Assembly: GCA_905178155.1 (NCBI GenBank) | Contig: CAJINV010000001.1 | Coordinates: forward strand, 1,601,904 to 1,665,903 | Direction: 5' to 3' | Length of the DNA stretch: 64,000 nucleotides | DNA from: Amoebophrya sp. A120 | Taxonomy: Eukaryota; Protista; Dinoflagellata | Shown here: positions 50,993-62,957 of the stretch, one piece after another | Numbering within the stretch: position 1 is the stretch's first letter | Layout: the number at the start of each line of letters is the position of its first letter | The notes under the pieces: model-generated | Databases searched by the model: none | Seen by the model: the letters and a program-made list of their open reading frames with translations, nothing else | What the model was told of the DNA's origin: nothing | Program-made: the position numbers and the translations under genes

Positions 50993-52301
50993 TATGGACG
51001 AACTGCACGTGCTGGGTCTCGATTGTGTGGTGGTGGTGCGCTCTCGCTCTGTTGTCGGTCGGCGACGGAGGTTGTGCAGCAGTTGTTTACTTATCGCCCC
51101 CTTTGTTCTTTCTGTCAGGCAACGGTGACGTGTCGCAATTGAACCTCGTCTCACCGAACGGAAGCATCCATTGCAGAAGTTTGAAAAAATCAGTAGCTGC
51201 ACGGGTGCGATTTCTGCACTGACGCAAGGTGGGTGCTGAGAGCGCTTATGCTAGTCGTGGCGGTCGAAACGGGCAACGCGCTGGAAGGGAAAGAGCGCAG
51301 AGGCACTAGGGCATCGACATCGTCCCGCGAGCCGCTCCCGATGTTGTTGCTTCTAGCGGCACTGACTTGGCTTCCAAAAATTTGCGATCATTTGATTTTC
51401 CAAAAATATGGTACATGTACAGGCGGGAATGGCAAAAGAATGCAAAACATATATGCACTCAAACGACCACACGCGACAACACGTCCGCGTCGCTCGTGCA
51501 CAAGCTGGCTAGTACTACTGTTCCGCATCATCTGTAGCACGAAGAAACACGGAAAAAGAAGATCTAGACAACCAAAGCTACAGGTCAACACAACACACAA
51601 CCACTGCACGCCCCCAACCAAAAAATGAAAGACACTCGCCGCTCTCTGGTACTATGTCTATGGGTGTATCGCGCGACGCAGTTACACTTACAACCTCTTT
51701 CGATGATGTCATATGCTATCAAACATTGTAGTTGCAGCGACCATCACAAAAAATAACGTGTGACGCGGGTCGTAGAGCTGCAGCTGCACGCTCCACGAAC
51801 CAAATGAACAGAAATTCGCATGACCGATTATACTCGCAGCTTGTACTATGGGAAATACAAATAAGACGAACTCGCCTCAAATTATGGTCCTCAAAGATGA
51901 AGGAAATTGAAATTATTTCCACCACTCAAGTTGTATCTCTCAAGACACTGCGACAAACGCCATGCGTGAAATGATGATGATGTTGGCAGTGTGCCCTTTG
52001 GCGGACTGCTGCGTGCTACTCCCTCCTCCAGCCCGAGGGGAGCTGAACGCCGATCTTCCATGAAAGAATGGCGCGGAAAATAAAGTCGTGCGGGAGCTGA
52101 TGCTGTTTGATGCTTGTGTTGACATAATTAAGCCTGCAGCGCTGACTGCCCAGAAGTCTAATCGGTCGCCTTTCGGAAGAATTATCAGATGATCGTCTCC
52201 GCGAGATGGAATTATTCGCGGACCGAAATTTCTGTGCGTTGTCTACTTTTGTATATTCAATTGATGAACTACGTACATGATCCCGCGATCGGTATTCGCA
52301 G

Positions 52302-53796
52302 CTAGCAGAGGATGGTCGTAATATTTTTCGCCATTTCGATTTCGAGGGTGACGAAGGGGTGCACCTTGAGTCGCTCCGCCGTGATGAAGTTCCCCTTGCC
52401 GAAGCGCTTGCCGACGCCGCCAGCGATCCCCGTCCGCGTGGTTGTATTGTATACTCCATCTAGCTGTTGCTTGCTGACCAGTAGACCCTGGAAGTGCAGC
52501 TCTGCTTGGCCGGTAGCCAGAGCTATGGTTGCTTGGGCCCGCACACACTTGTTTCTTTCATCCGAAACAAGGTAGACACCGACGTGACCGGCGTTGTATC
52601 CACTTGTGTTGATGGGGTACACCTCCACATGCCACGCGAATTCGGAGACAGAAAACGACGGGGAGGAGATGAAGTCCGACGAACTTTTTGCCTTCCGAAA
52701 CAACTTCGCCACATCAATAACCCATGCGAACTTTGCGTTGGCAATGCCAGTGATTGCCTTGTTGAAATCCCTAACGAGGTTACTCATTCCGGAATTGAGG
52801 CCTGCAAGAATGTGGGTCTTGAACCCCTGCAGCGATTTATCCATAATGTTATGGGTATCATTCATACACTCGTCGATCGCCTCCTGCTTCTGCGAGATTT
52901 TCCGCAACTCCAGAAGTACGGGATTCGCGTCCTGAAACTTTCTTTCCAAAATTTGGACATGAAGCTCCGCTTTCGATCGCCGATGCTGCTCCAGTTCCTT
53001 AGGCCGCATCTTGTCCCCACAAATCGAACACTCGGCAAACAACTTTGCACAGACAGACTCATGCGCACTTCTGTCTTTGCGTTGCATCCGCTCGCCACAG
53101 CCTCGCGGGCAGTCGATCTCTTGATACGCGCACTCTCCCAAGTGCTTGGCCAGCAAGTCTCCGTAAGATCCAGACCACAGACAAGCCGCTGAGCATGTGT
53201 CTGGGCGATAGGGGTTTGACAAAGATGAAACCGAATCGCCACCTGCACCTCCACAGGGAACGCAGGATAAAGTCACATCGGATTCATCACAGAGAGCCCT
53301 TGAAGAAGAACCAGAGACTGCGAATGGTTTTGCGATTTTGGCCCTCTTCGAAAGCGGCTCTCCGGCCCCGCCCCCTGCACTGCCTTCAGCGTCCCCTGAA
53401 TCTGGTTGCCTTCTCGAATTGGGACAAATCACCTGGAAGAAGTTGACGTTGCAATGGAAATTCGAAATAAGCTCTTCGCCTATAATACTGAAATGAAAAG
53501 CGGCTCAGCGTCACTATTTTCTATACCTGCACCGCGTTAACCTGCCGGAGAACAAACGGATTCGATTGCTGCAGCGGTGTAGGTCTTTTGTCGCCCCCGA
53601 AGGGCATGCGGCAGGTCGGACATGCGAGCTGATCTTCCACGCACGTCTTGCAAAAGATGTGACTGCAATCCGGAGTCTGCACAGGATTGTCCCAGAGACT
53701 GTAGCACACCGCGCATTTGAATTCATCAGCCTTGCGCCGCTCATCAGGGTCCGCAACAAGATCTTCGAACATATACCCACTGTGTAAATTCGACAT
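52302..53796 (-). CDS. RING + TRAF-type zinc finger + MATH domain protein (TRAF-like E3 ligase)
   Basis: CAVC..CSHIFCKTC..CPTC RING; HLGEC..CPRGC..HESVC..CSIC zf-TRAF; FAWVI..SPSF..WHVEVYP..VGVYL MATH; one GT-AG intron 53433-53526. Confidence 0.9.
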
Positions 53797-54517
53797 CTTT
53801 TTGTTTTGATTTTCAGAGAATCGATTTCACTTCGGAATAACGCTTGCGGAGATGACGAGAAACGCTCGTGACAACGACGTACAGATCATACAATCTACAG
53901 ACCACGAGCACGTACCGATAAATAAAATCTAAGTAAGCTTTACACAACGCAGTTCAAGAATCTAGTTTAGGTGACATAAACAGTACTAGCACCAGTACCC
54001 AGTTTCTATATGACGAAATATGCCAGGTTAAAAATGAATATAGCTAGTCCAAGTCCTTGCGTGTTCTTCCCCTTTTTCGCTGTTCGAATGTACATGTAGA
54101 TATAAACTCCGTGCGTGCCGCATGATTTTTTTTTTCTGTGAGCACACGACTCGTTCGGAGTCGGACTTAAGCTGCCAAAACTAGCAGGAAGACATACTAC
54201 AACCACAGGCTGTCCGAAGGAAAACGAGCACTCCGCATCGTGAGATAATTGCCGAACGAGAAGATCACCAGTTCTGAGCGCCGCTCTGTTTCTTGAGTGA
54301 TGGATCATACTTAATCGAGATCGAGATAGTTAGGACCGTTCTCCTGTGCGTGAAGGGTGCTGCAACTTATGCTGCGTCTTTGCGTTACATGTGTGCTGAA
54401 TGGCACGACACGTAGTGTAGCCACAAGAGCTATGAAGCAATGCCCGTGGTCACCAGAAGTCTGCAGGTGCAATAATGGCTCCAATACAGTAATTCACAGC
54501 TACTTTTGCTTTCCCGA

Positions 54518-57500
54518 TCAGCAATACCACGAGTCTGGCCTACAGGTGGTTGTGTGCACCCGAAAACTGTATTTCGGGCAGTAATTCACCGTGTAGGGTT
54601 CCCACAATAACCTGTTCACGCCGTCCTCCTTCCACGGCTTCAATGGGCCGGTCCAGTGGAACAAGCCTCCCTCCTCCAGCACCGGTTTGGGGTAGTTCAA
54701 CCGGTGCCCCAGCCCGTCGACGTTCCACTTGTAGGGCAGTTTGCAGGCCTCGTCGTGGAAAAGGAGCAGCATCAGGGGCTGCGATCCGTGCCGCCAGAGC
54801 GTCTCCGGCCCGGAGTTGTCGCGGGACTGCAGCCAGTGGTCCAGCTTCTGCTGGATCTCCGGGCGGTTGCGCCACCGGGCAAGGTCGATGAGCAAAACGC
54901 CGGCGTTGAAGGCCGGATTGTTCATGGGAATCCATTCCGGCATAAAGGGGTACATGATCCCGGGGAGATAGTTGAACAGCGGCGAGGACGGCCGGATGGC
55001 GGCACAGATATGAACTGCAAAAGTATCGCACTCGTAGTTGATTTCTTAAGCCAGGTAAATCCACATTACAAATTCTTTGTTTCTCATGCTCAGAAAATTT
55101 GTAATGCAATTCAAACTAGTGCGATGCTTATGCTTTTGCGATTCATAACAGACCGTCGCTTGCGATTTTTCCAGCACTGGGGAGAAGTCGGTCCACAACG
55201 ACCGCAAATCCTTTTTGACCAGCACGTCCACGTCGAGGTAAATGACTTTTGCTATCTGCTTTGGTAGCAACTTATGCAAATAGAATCTCACGTAGTTGTG
55301 CAACGCTTGAAGATTCCCCGTGTCCCGTTGAAACCCTTTCGACACGTCAATGTCGCCCCCGACCTGGAACCGTTTCTTCTGCGCCAGCTCGGAGTCCGGA
55401 ATCAAATTTTTCCCGACCATTTGCTCGTCGAGTCGATGAAGAAGAATGGGCGCTGGGCTGCGAGTCACGTCCGGGTGCTGGTGTAGAAGTCGTGTGGGGG
55501 AGATTTTTGATGTTGCAGTTGGGTCATTAGGGGGCCTCATGTTGTTCTCGTCGTCCCTTTGGTGCTGTGCCGCGTACTGCAGTTGATTCGTCACAGTCTC
55601 GGGATTGTCCGCACTCGGTTCTTGTGCTGAACCGTCCTCCTCTCCGTCATCATCTTCGTCCACTTGAGCGACAATGCCTGCGCTTGTCGTGATCGTTTCG
55701 GGAGACTGCTCTCTTTGAGGATTTCCTACCTTGACTGAGTCGTAGAGGACGAATTTTCCAAGTTTCGCGTATTCCGCAGATTTAGATGTTGTTGCTCCTT
55801 CCGGGAGGTCTTCATTTGATTCCGCTTGTGGCGACGTTGAGAACAGCGAGGAGAACATGCCCGCACTACTTCCACTTGCACTCGGATGTTGGTCTAGTAC
55901 TTCTTGCGCTACTTCATCTGGAGGACCACGCGCCGCAGTAGATTTCGTCCCTACTTCGTGAAACCTTTCCGCCCCAAAAGCACACTGCAGCCCGTCCACG
56001 AGAAATTTCCGCTCGTGTTCCAGCAAGAAGACATGAATGCAGGTGTTGGACTATCCTGAGTAAAAACGTCCCCACACCAGAGTCGAGATGGGGACTTCGC
56101 AACACAAACCTTGAAGTTTTGGGAGTCACACATGACAAATTGCAGGCTGTAGTGTAGTGCGGTTTAGCAAGGGAAGCCGCAAAATAAATCCACTCTCTTA
56201 TCCTGTTTGGAGCATTACACGTTCCAAAACACACTGGGAAATGCCTCTCATGGGGATGCGCACAAATCCTCTTGCGTTTGCAGATCTGCATGACAACTCT
56301 GGGGTGAGGATGTTTTTACACAGGATATGGCCGGATTTTCCGCGTGGCGGACCATGGAATTCAAAGCGACGATGATGCCGTCGATCTGCTGGATGTCCGC
56401 AGAGACGGCGACGTGGACAAGATCACCGACGGTTCTTGTGTGGTGATCCAACTGAAAACATCGGCTGGTAAAAACAGATCCACCTCCTGCTCTTTCGTCA
56501 ACTGTTTGATGTCCCTCTACAACCTGCGGCGCAGCGGACGATACTGCTGGCACAGCACTGACACTCGTCTCCTCTTTCGCCCGATTATACTTCCTCCCCG
56601 TCTGCACGGCTTTGTTTGGTGGCGGAATGTAGGAGGCAGACTTCAGATTGAAGAAAAGCATGGGTAGCACCCGCCGGCGCTCGATCCGCGACAGGACTTG
56701 CCAGTACGCCCAGTCAGACCGGAGATGGTGGTAGACCGTCATGTTGGTCCTGCAATTGTGGACCTGCGCCTCCCCGAAAAGAATGAAGTTTTTCGTCTCG
56801 TTCCTGGCCTGCTCGAATGCATTGCAAAAGTATCGTATTCGTACTGATCGGACTTATGCACGACAGATATATCATATCTTGATACCTGACCTCGCATGAC
56901 AAATTGCATTTTTGTTCTTGAGAAAGTTTGTAATGCTATTTCTACGTAGTACGATACTTTTGAAATGCATAGCTCCATGCTGTGCTGGTTGTTCCTCTGA
57001 AACTCCGCCACCGCGGTCTCGATAAGTTGCTCCGCAAGGGTGAAATACGCACTGGCGATCCCACCGTGGCACTTCGCGTCCTCTTGCTCTGCGAGGTAGA
57101 GCAGCGAGCCGAAAAACCCAGCCTGCGTATGCATTGCACAAGTATCTTCGCACTCGTACGTAATTGCGGCTGTGCAGGACAATTGTGTTTCCTAAAGCTA
57201 AACTAACATGACAGATGCCATTTGTAATGCTGAGCAAGGTTGTAATGCAATTCCAATTTCGACCATGGCGGGGACGCGTGCGATGCTTTTACGATGCATA
57301 CTGCGCCGTCTTCGACAGTTCGTGGAACGAACGATCGAGGGCGCGGTCTTCGCTCGGAACTACAGGCGGTGTAGTCGATTGGGGCTGCGCTGCAGCACCT
57401 GATACAGGTGGTGATGAAACAGCATTCGCAAGAACACTGCTGCGCTGGACTCCTGCTGTTCCTGCCCCTGCTGCCTCCCCTACTATTTCCACAAACGGAG

Positions 57501-59850
57501 AATCTACGAACGCCGGCGTCATGTCCATGCTCAAGCCGCTGATGCCAACACCAGTCGGCGTATGAAAGTGCACAACTCCGCCTCGCCCGCATTTGTATTG
57601 CATGAACAGCAAAAATACGAGCACAAGTGTCCTCAGCAAGAATACAGGTTTTGCATGACAAATTATTTGGACAGGAGTGTATAGCTGTTCGGGCTGCTGA
57701 AAGAAACTTGTCATGCAACCAGTGCCAACACGGGCCAAGGCGTAAATTGGGAATTTTGCATGACAAATGAGGGGGAGGGTTGTGGTGCAGTGTCATACGG
57801 CGCCGGGTACTTCATGACGTCCACTTCGTACCTGGAGACTTATTATCCTGTGCAAAAGTATCGCACTCGCAGTAATCGCAATCATGCATTACAAATCTTT
57901 ATCCCAAGGCAAAACAGCATGACAAATTCAATTTGTCATGCTGAGCTAATTTGTATTGCAATTACTATACATTATATTCATGCGAAAAAAGAGGTAGACA
58001 GAGGGTAAACAAGAGGTGGCCGAGAGGTCAAAAAGAGGTCAAAAGAGGTAAAAAAGAGGTCGACAGAGGTGGAGAGGTGGCGCGGACCCCTTTCGAGAGG
58101 GTCGGCGAGAGGGTGCGCGAGTATAGCCCGCCGAAGGCCCCACCTTAAGGCGGCGCCTAAGTGCCTCAGAGGGTGCAGAGAGGTCAAAAAGAGGGGGCGC
58201 GAGAGGTCGACAGAGGTCGAGAGAGGTGGCGCGAATAAGGGGCGACCTTTCGCGGACCCTCTTGGCCACCTCTCGGCCACCTCTGTCGACCTCTACCCGC
58301 GAGTATAGCCGGACTATTAGCGGGGACCCCCAAAAGAGGTAAAAGAGAGGGTCTGCGAGAGGTCTGCGAGAGGGTAAAGACACAAAGTGGCGGGCGCGAA
58401 TCCGCATGGCACTACCCATATTTGGCACTGCAGGCCATTCGCGGACTTGTTTTGTTCGGTGCCCGTCCCCACCACCCTCTCGCGCCACCCTCTCGCGCAC
58501 CCTCTCGCGCACCCTCTCGCGCCACCCTCTCGCGCCACCCTCTCGCGCACCCTCTCGCGCCCCCCTCGCGCCACCCTCTCGCGCCACCCTCTCGCGCACC
58601 CTCTCGCGCCACCCTCTCGCGCTACCCTCTCGCGCCACCCTCTCGCGCTATCCTCTCCCGCCGCGCGCCTTCTGTTCGCCCCCGGTGTTCTTTGCAGCTG
58701 CTCCCTGCGCCGAGCGCCCGCAGGCGCGGGAAGCGCGCAAGTGGTCCTGCGGGTTGGCGCGGCGCAAACCGGCGGCACGAATGCAGTATGTTTCGTTGTA
58801 CATAGGCCCGTGGGGTTGTGGTCCGATCGGCAAACAGTCTTGCCCCGGCCCAACAGCCTTGCGCTCCGGCGGCAGCCGGAGCATGGCTGGTTACTACTAG
58901 TGCGATACTTTTGCAGTTCATACCTGTCCAAGAATATCCAGTAAACTGAACAGTGGCCATCCCGAATTCAGCACGTCCCAGTAGGACAAAGGCACCAACT
59001 TCTTGAAACTCGCGCCGCCCATTTTTGTCGTCTGGAAGTACGCCAGCCGGTCTTCGGGCGGGTGGAGGTAGACTTTGAGGAAATTCAAACACATCATCCC
59101 CAAGTAGCATCGCGACAATGGTGTGAACTCCATCTCTAAATACGGCATCAGAAAATCGATCGCGTTGGATCCCTGCCGGCTGTGCACCACGTCCTCGACG
59201 AGTTGGTACATGCCTCGTTTCACCCCGCCCCAATCCAGGCCGTCCGGCTGCTGAAACGCCTCGCAGGACAAATCGGACACCTCGGCAGCCATGCCACCCT
59301 CATATATCAAATGTAAAAATGTCTGGGTCTGGAAGAACGCAACTTGTGCTGCTGCATTTGGATTCCAGAAGAATCTGTATTGCATGAGTACCAAGAGCAG
59401 GAATGCAATTTTTGCTACGCGGAGAGGGCATTTGTCATGCGGAATAGGCATCGAGAAGCTCTCAAAAAATCTGTGATGCTAGGGCATGCATCACAGACAT
59501 CAGGGCTCATGCAAAACGTGCATGACAAGTGTCAGAATCTTCCAGACCCAAACATATTTGCATTTGATATCATAGCAGTGCGGGCAACTCCACATGTTGT
59601 AGTTGCCGGGCTGCTGTGCGAAGGTAAGGGTTGTCAGAATGGCGAGGAGCGCCGTGAATAGTAGGGCTAGGCGGGGAATGAGCCGAACGATGTGTTCTGC
59701 AGGTCCACCGAGCGGTTTTTGCGGCCACACTGCTCTTATCTTTTCGAGCCAGCGTGGTCTGCGACTGCGTCGCCGTCCAACCTGAGGCTTTCGTATTCGC
59801 GTTCGGGGATACGGCTTCCATGCTGCCGCGGTGGGAATAAGGTCCGCCAT
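54518..59850 (-). CDS. Glycosyltransferase family 8 (GLT8D/GAUT-like) type II membrane protein with a long N-terminal extension
   Basis: N-terminal TM; NYVRFYL, VIYLDVDVLV (DxD), FNAGVLLIDL, GSQPLMLLLF, HWTGPLKPW; seven introners. Confidence 0.88.
55009..55147. mobile_element. Introner, family A
   Basis: tatgaactgcaaaag...cttttgcgattcata; direct repeat acaga. Confidence 0.88.
56052..56327. mobile_element. Introner, family B
   Basis: tatcctgagtaaaaacgtcccca...ggatgtttttacacaggata; flanks tggac/tggcc. Confidence 0.88.
56816..56971. mobile_element. Introner, family A (AAT variant end)
   Basis: aatgcattgcaaaagtatcg...cgatacttttgaaatgcata; flanks gctcg/gctcc. Confidence 0.83.
57128..57300. mobile_element. 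Introner, family A (diverged)
   Basis: tatgcattgcacaag...cttttacgatgcata; direct repeat ctgcg. Confidence 0.85.
57561..57797. mobile_element. Introner, family C
   Basis: tatgaaagtgcac...gtgcagtgtcata; direct repeat cggcg. Confidence 0.87.
57968..58890 (+). mobile_element. Nested ~920-bp element with a Helitron-like 3' hairpin and CTGG end
   Basis: Interrupts the introner at ttacta (present on both sides); ends gctccggc-ggca-gccggagc-atggCTGG; many gaggt repeats in the first third. Confidence 0.65.
58473..58655. repeat. Minisatellite, 12-13-bp unit accctctcgcgc(c), ~14 copies
   Basis: Tandem units visible directly. Confidence 0.92.
59305..59569. mobile_element. Introner, family D (opposite orientation to 11254 and 48244)
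   Basis: Direct repeat tcata; the interior is the reverse complement of the 48244 interior. Confidence 0.9.
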
Positions 59851-60517
59851 CTTGCTTTTTGAAGAAAGTGGTACAGGGTGAAACTGAAAGTGTGTGTCTT
59901 GTCGCTTCAAAGTCAGCATGGTGATTTTAGTAGTTTCAGTGAAATACCTCTACCTAGACAGACTTCTGCATGTGTCGTACTGATTCGAAGACTCGATCGC
60001 TTTAATCCGTAGCGTATGGGCACTAGTACATCAAGGTCACTACACAAGACCATGCTGTCCAACTCCAGGTTAGCTAGGTAGTTTCGATCAAACAGAACAA
60101 AACAAAACCACAGAAAACCACAGTCATACACGACAGAAGATGCGGCCAATCGAGATCATCAACTTCTAGGGCACGACGAAATTGAAGAGAAAAAACCGAT
60201 AACCAGGATGCGAAAATGAACAGTGTGACAGACTATATTTTTGCAATTACATGAGTAAGGAACTGTTCGTAGAATAGAGATCTGAAAAGGCCGAAGGCTG
60301 CAAAACTATTTTTCCACACCGGAGAACGAAAGTCACCATGCCGTGTACGAGAATTATGATCAAGAGGTCGGGAGCAGAAAAAACACCGATCATGGTCTGA
60401 CCATTCTGCAACACCAGATCCACGAAATGAATACAACTACACTGAACAGCACGAGCTAGCGCTTAGAGAAAGAGCGACCCCACCTGTTGGCAGACCGCTG
60501 CACTCAGAACCCATTTT

Positions 60518-62363
60518 TCATCTGATGCACACACCCAGACAATCTGTGACGCGTGCCACGATTCGATTTTGAATCTCGTTGACCTCTTCGTGAGTCAGTG
60601 TTCGGCTCATGTCTTGGTACACAATGCGATACGTTTTCGAGCGTCTGTTGGTTTTTGGATGCGTGAAGTCGGAAATTAGGCGGACCGACTCAACTAGGTT
60701 TCGACGTTCACTTAGTCGTGAACGTGATGTTGTTTCAGGCGGATAGTAAATATCGCTGCGCGTGTGTTGCTCATTGTCATCCCCGGCCAGCGGGAGCGCC
60801 AGATCGGCCTCCTCGCGAATGGTCTCGAAGAAATCATTCTCCGGAAACGTGTAAAGGTCTTGTTGCACCGCCGGTTTGACATCGCTGCGAGACATGTAGT
60901 TAGTACTCCCGTTATCCCGTCCTTCACCTTCTGCTTTTTCGGAGCTGCGCAATACTCCTCCCAGATTCTTCTCTCCAGCTGCTTCAAGTGCTGGTAGCCA
61001 AAAGCTGAGGTCTTTTGCAATGGCTGGGTATTTGGAAAAGGGCTTGAATTCAACTTCTCGCCACTTCTCGCCGCCAGCTTCCAGATCCTTACTCAGTGTG
61101 TGAAACTGTTCAAGAAAGCGCTCGTCGTGGGACCAAAACAACCGGATGTCTGGAATCTGGAATATGGATGTGTCAGGTGTGAAATCGTCAAAGTTGAAAT
61201 AGTTTGTCATGCATAAAACGGATACCAGTTAGACCTACAGTTTGTAGTCGGTGCATGGCAAATTTTCCCGGTCCTGGAAGCGAGTCTGTCATGCGGTTTA
61301 GGGCAAAAGAGCTGCCTTCTGTCATGCTAGTTAGCAGTCCAACTTTTGACCCTTACCAGGACTATAATCTGCCTCCCGTGGGTCCTCTGCAATAGAGTCA
61401 CTTTTTGTGTTGCATTTTATGCATGACAAACTATTTCGATTTTGCTGATTTCGATCCTGACACTCCCATATGAAACAGCAGCATCGCAAGGCGCTCCAGA
61501 CCGAAACCAAAGGCCCACCCGGAGAATCTTTTCACGTCGACGTGGCCCTTTGCGAGCACCTCGGGGCGTAATATCCCGCAGCCGAGCACTTCGAGCCAGG
61601 GATCATCGGCAGACTGGGTGGAGCTCCTGTCGGTGCTTATTTCTCCGCGGGAGGAGGGCTTTGAAAGCTTCACTTCCAATTCGAAACTCGGACTGGTAAA
61701 GGGAAAGTAATCGTCGCTCCAACGTAAGAACTCCATGGAAGAGTGATCACGTCTTCTCCCTTGATGTCCAAACAAGTGCCGCATGGTACTCTCGCATGTG
61801 TGGCGGAGGTCAGACTGGATTCTTTCCAAGAACAAATGATCTACCTCGCCGGCCCTTTTTTCGAACAGCTTCACTCCTTCCATTTGGTGGAAGACCGGAA
61901 AGTGCGTGCGGTCAATCTCGTCCCGCCGGTAGACGTCTCCGGTGAGCAGGAATTTCCCGCGCCAGTAATTCTCCGGCTCGTGCGTCGTCGTGTGCGTGCG
62001 GAGGCATTTTCCCTGGTCGTAGTCCTCGTAATACGTGTCATTCGGGAGGCGGCTGCTGTGCCCCTTGGGGATGAGCAAATTGTCAAAATTCTCCGCCACA
62101 GTTACCACCGGGTTAAGCGGGGCGGAGACAAGTGCGAAATCTTTGTTAATATTTTCGACGAAGTGCCGCTCGACGATTTTGCGCACGAGAAATAACGGAT
62201 GATCGTGAGTCTCATGCAAGGTCCGACCGATCTTCTCGCGGATGCCGGAGGGTATGTTCGAGGTGAGTTTCGTGTTCGTGGCAGGCGGTGGAGGCGAGAC
62301 TTGATTGGACAACCGAGGAAGGGCACTTGCGAACGTACGCCGGGAAGACAAAATGGTAGACAT
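60518..62363 (-). CDS. FARS2: Mitochondrial-type monomeric phenylalanyl-tRNA synthetase
   Basis: Arg/Ser-rich presequence; NFDNLLIP..HSSR..DTYY, LRTHTT, GDVYRRDEID.THFPVFHQMEG, YFPFTSPSFE, WLEVLGCG, GWAFGFGLERLAM.LF|QIPDIRLFWS; C-terminal FDX-ACB (FTHPKT..YRIVY). Confidence 0.95.
61163..61470. mobile_element. Introner with ~56-bp TIR
   Basis: tatggatgtgtcagg...gaaatagtttgtcatgcataaaa / ttttatgcatgacaaactatttc...cctgacactcccata; flanks tggaa/tgaaa. Confidence 0.9.
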
Positions 62364-62957
62364 GAATGATGGCTGGTATCTCGTACGCATCTACATCTAC
62401 ATACACGTAACCCAAATATTGTAGCTGTTGCACCACACTTCATGATTTTTGCAAACAGACACTCTCGAAGATGAGTATTTTTCCAGGTGGTAGGGTTGAG
62501 GTTGTGCACGCAAGAAAATGAAATCACGAAGGATGAAACACCCCAGGGATAGATTTGCTCTTACTTTCGGTACGACAAGAAATACTATATTTTGTTCGAA
62601 AATTCTTCGCGGAAAAAAGGTGGATGAACACATTTATGCCACCTGAGAAGTTGCCTTTATTGCGAACCGGCTAGCTGAGGCTCTTCTAACAAAATATACA
62701 TGAGTTTTTTGTGCGCTTTCATTAGTTTTGTTTTTAATACACCAATGAACGATAGTAATCTTCCCAACTCTACTGCGCAAAAATGCGCTCGTATCCTCTT
62801 CTTTCGTTCATGCAAACGCAATCGCCATGTGTCGCCTAGAATATTACTTCTTCACGTTTCTTTTTCCGTAATACATCGACACCAGACTGGTGCGCTTCGA
62901 CTTTGCTCCCACCTGTGTTGCAAAAATACTACCTCACACAGCAGCTGCGCCCTCACT

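Larger units (their letters stand above)
57844..58922. mobile_element. Introner, family A, expanded to 1,079 bp by a nested element
   Basis: tatcctgtgcaaaagtatcg...cgatacttttgcagttcata; flanks cttat/cctgt; removing element+5 nt gives LGQ|VSRYEVDV. Confidence 0.82.

Noticed and set aside
58039-58944. Overlapping 160-200-aa ORFs with REGGARG repeats
   Set aside because: Artefacts of the stop-free minisatellite in the nested element.
10737-61470. Programmed frameshifting or pseudogenisation as the explanation for split ORFs
   Set aside because: The breaks coincide with TIR/direct-repeat elements whose removal restores conserved motifs.
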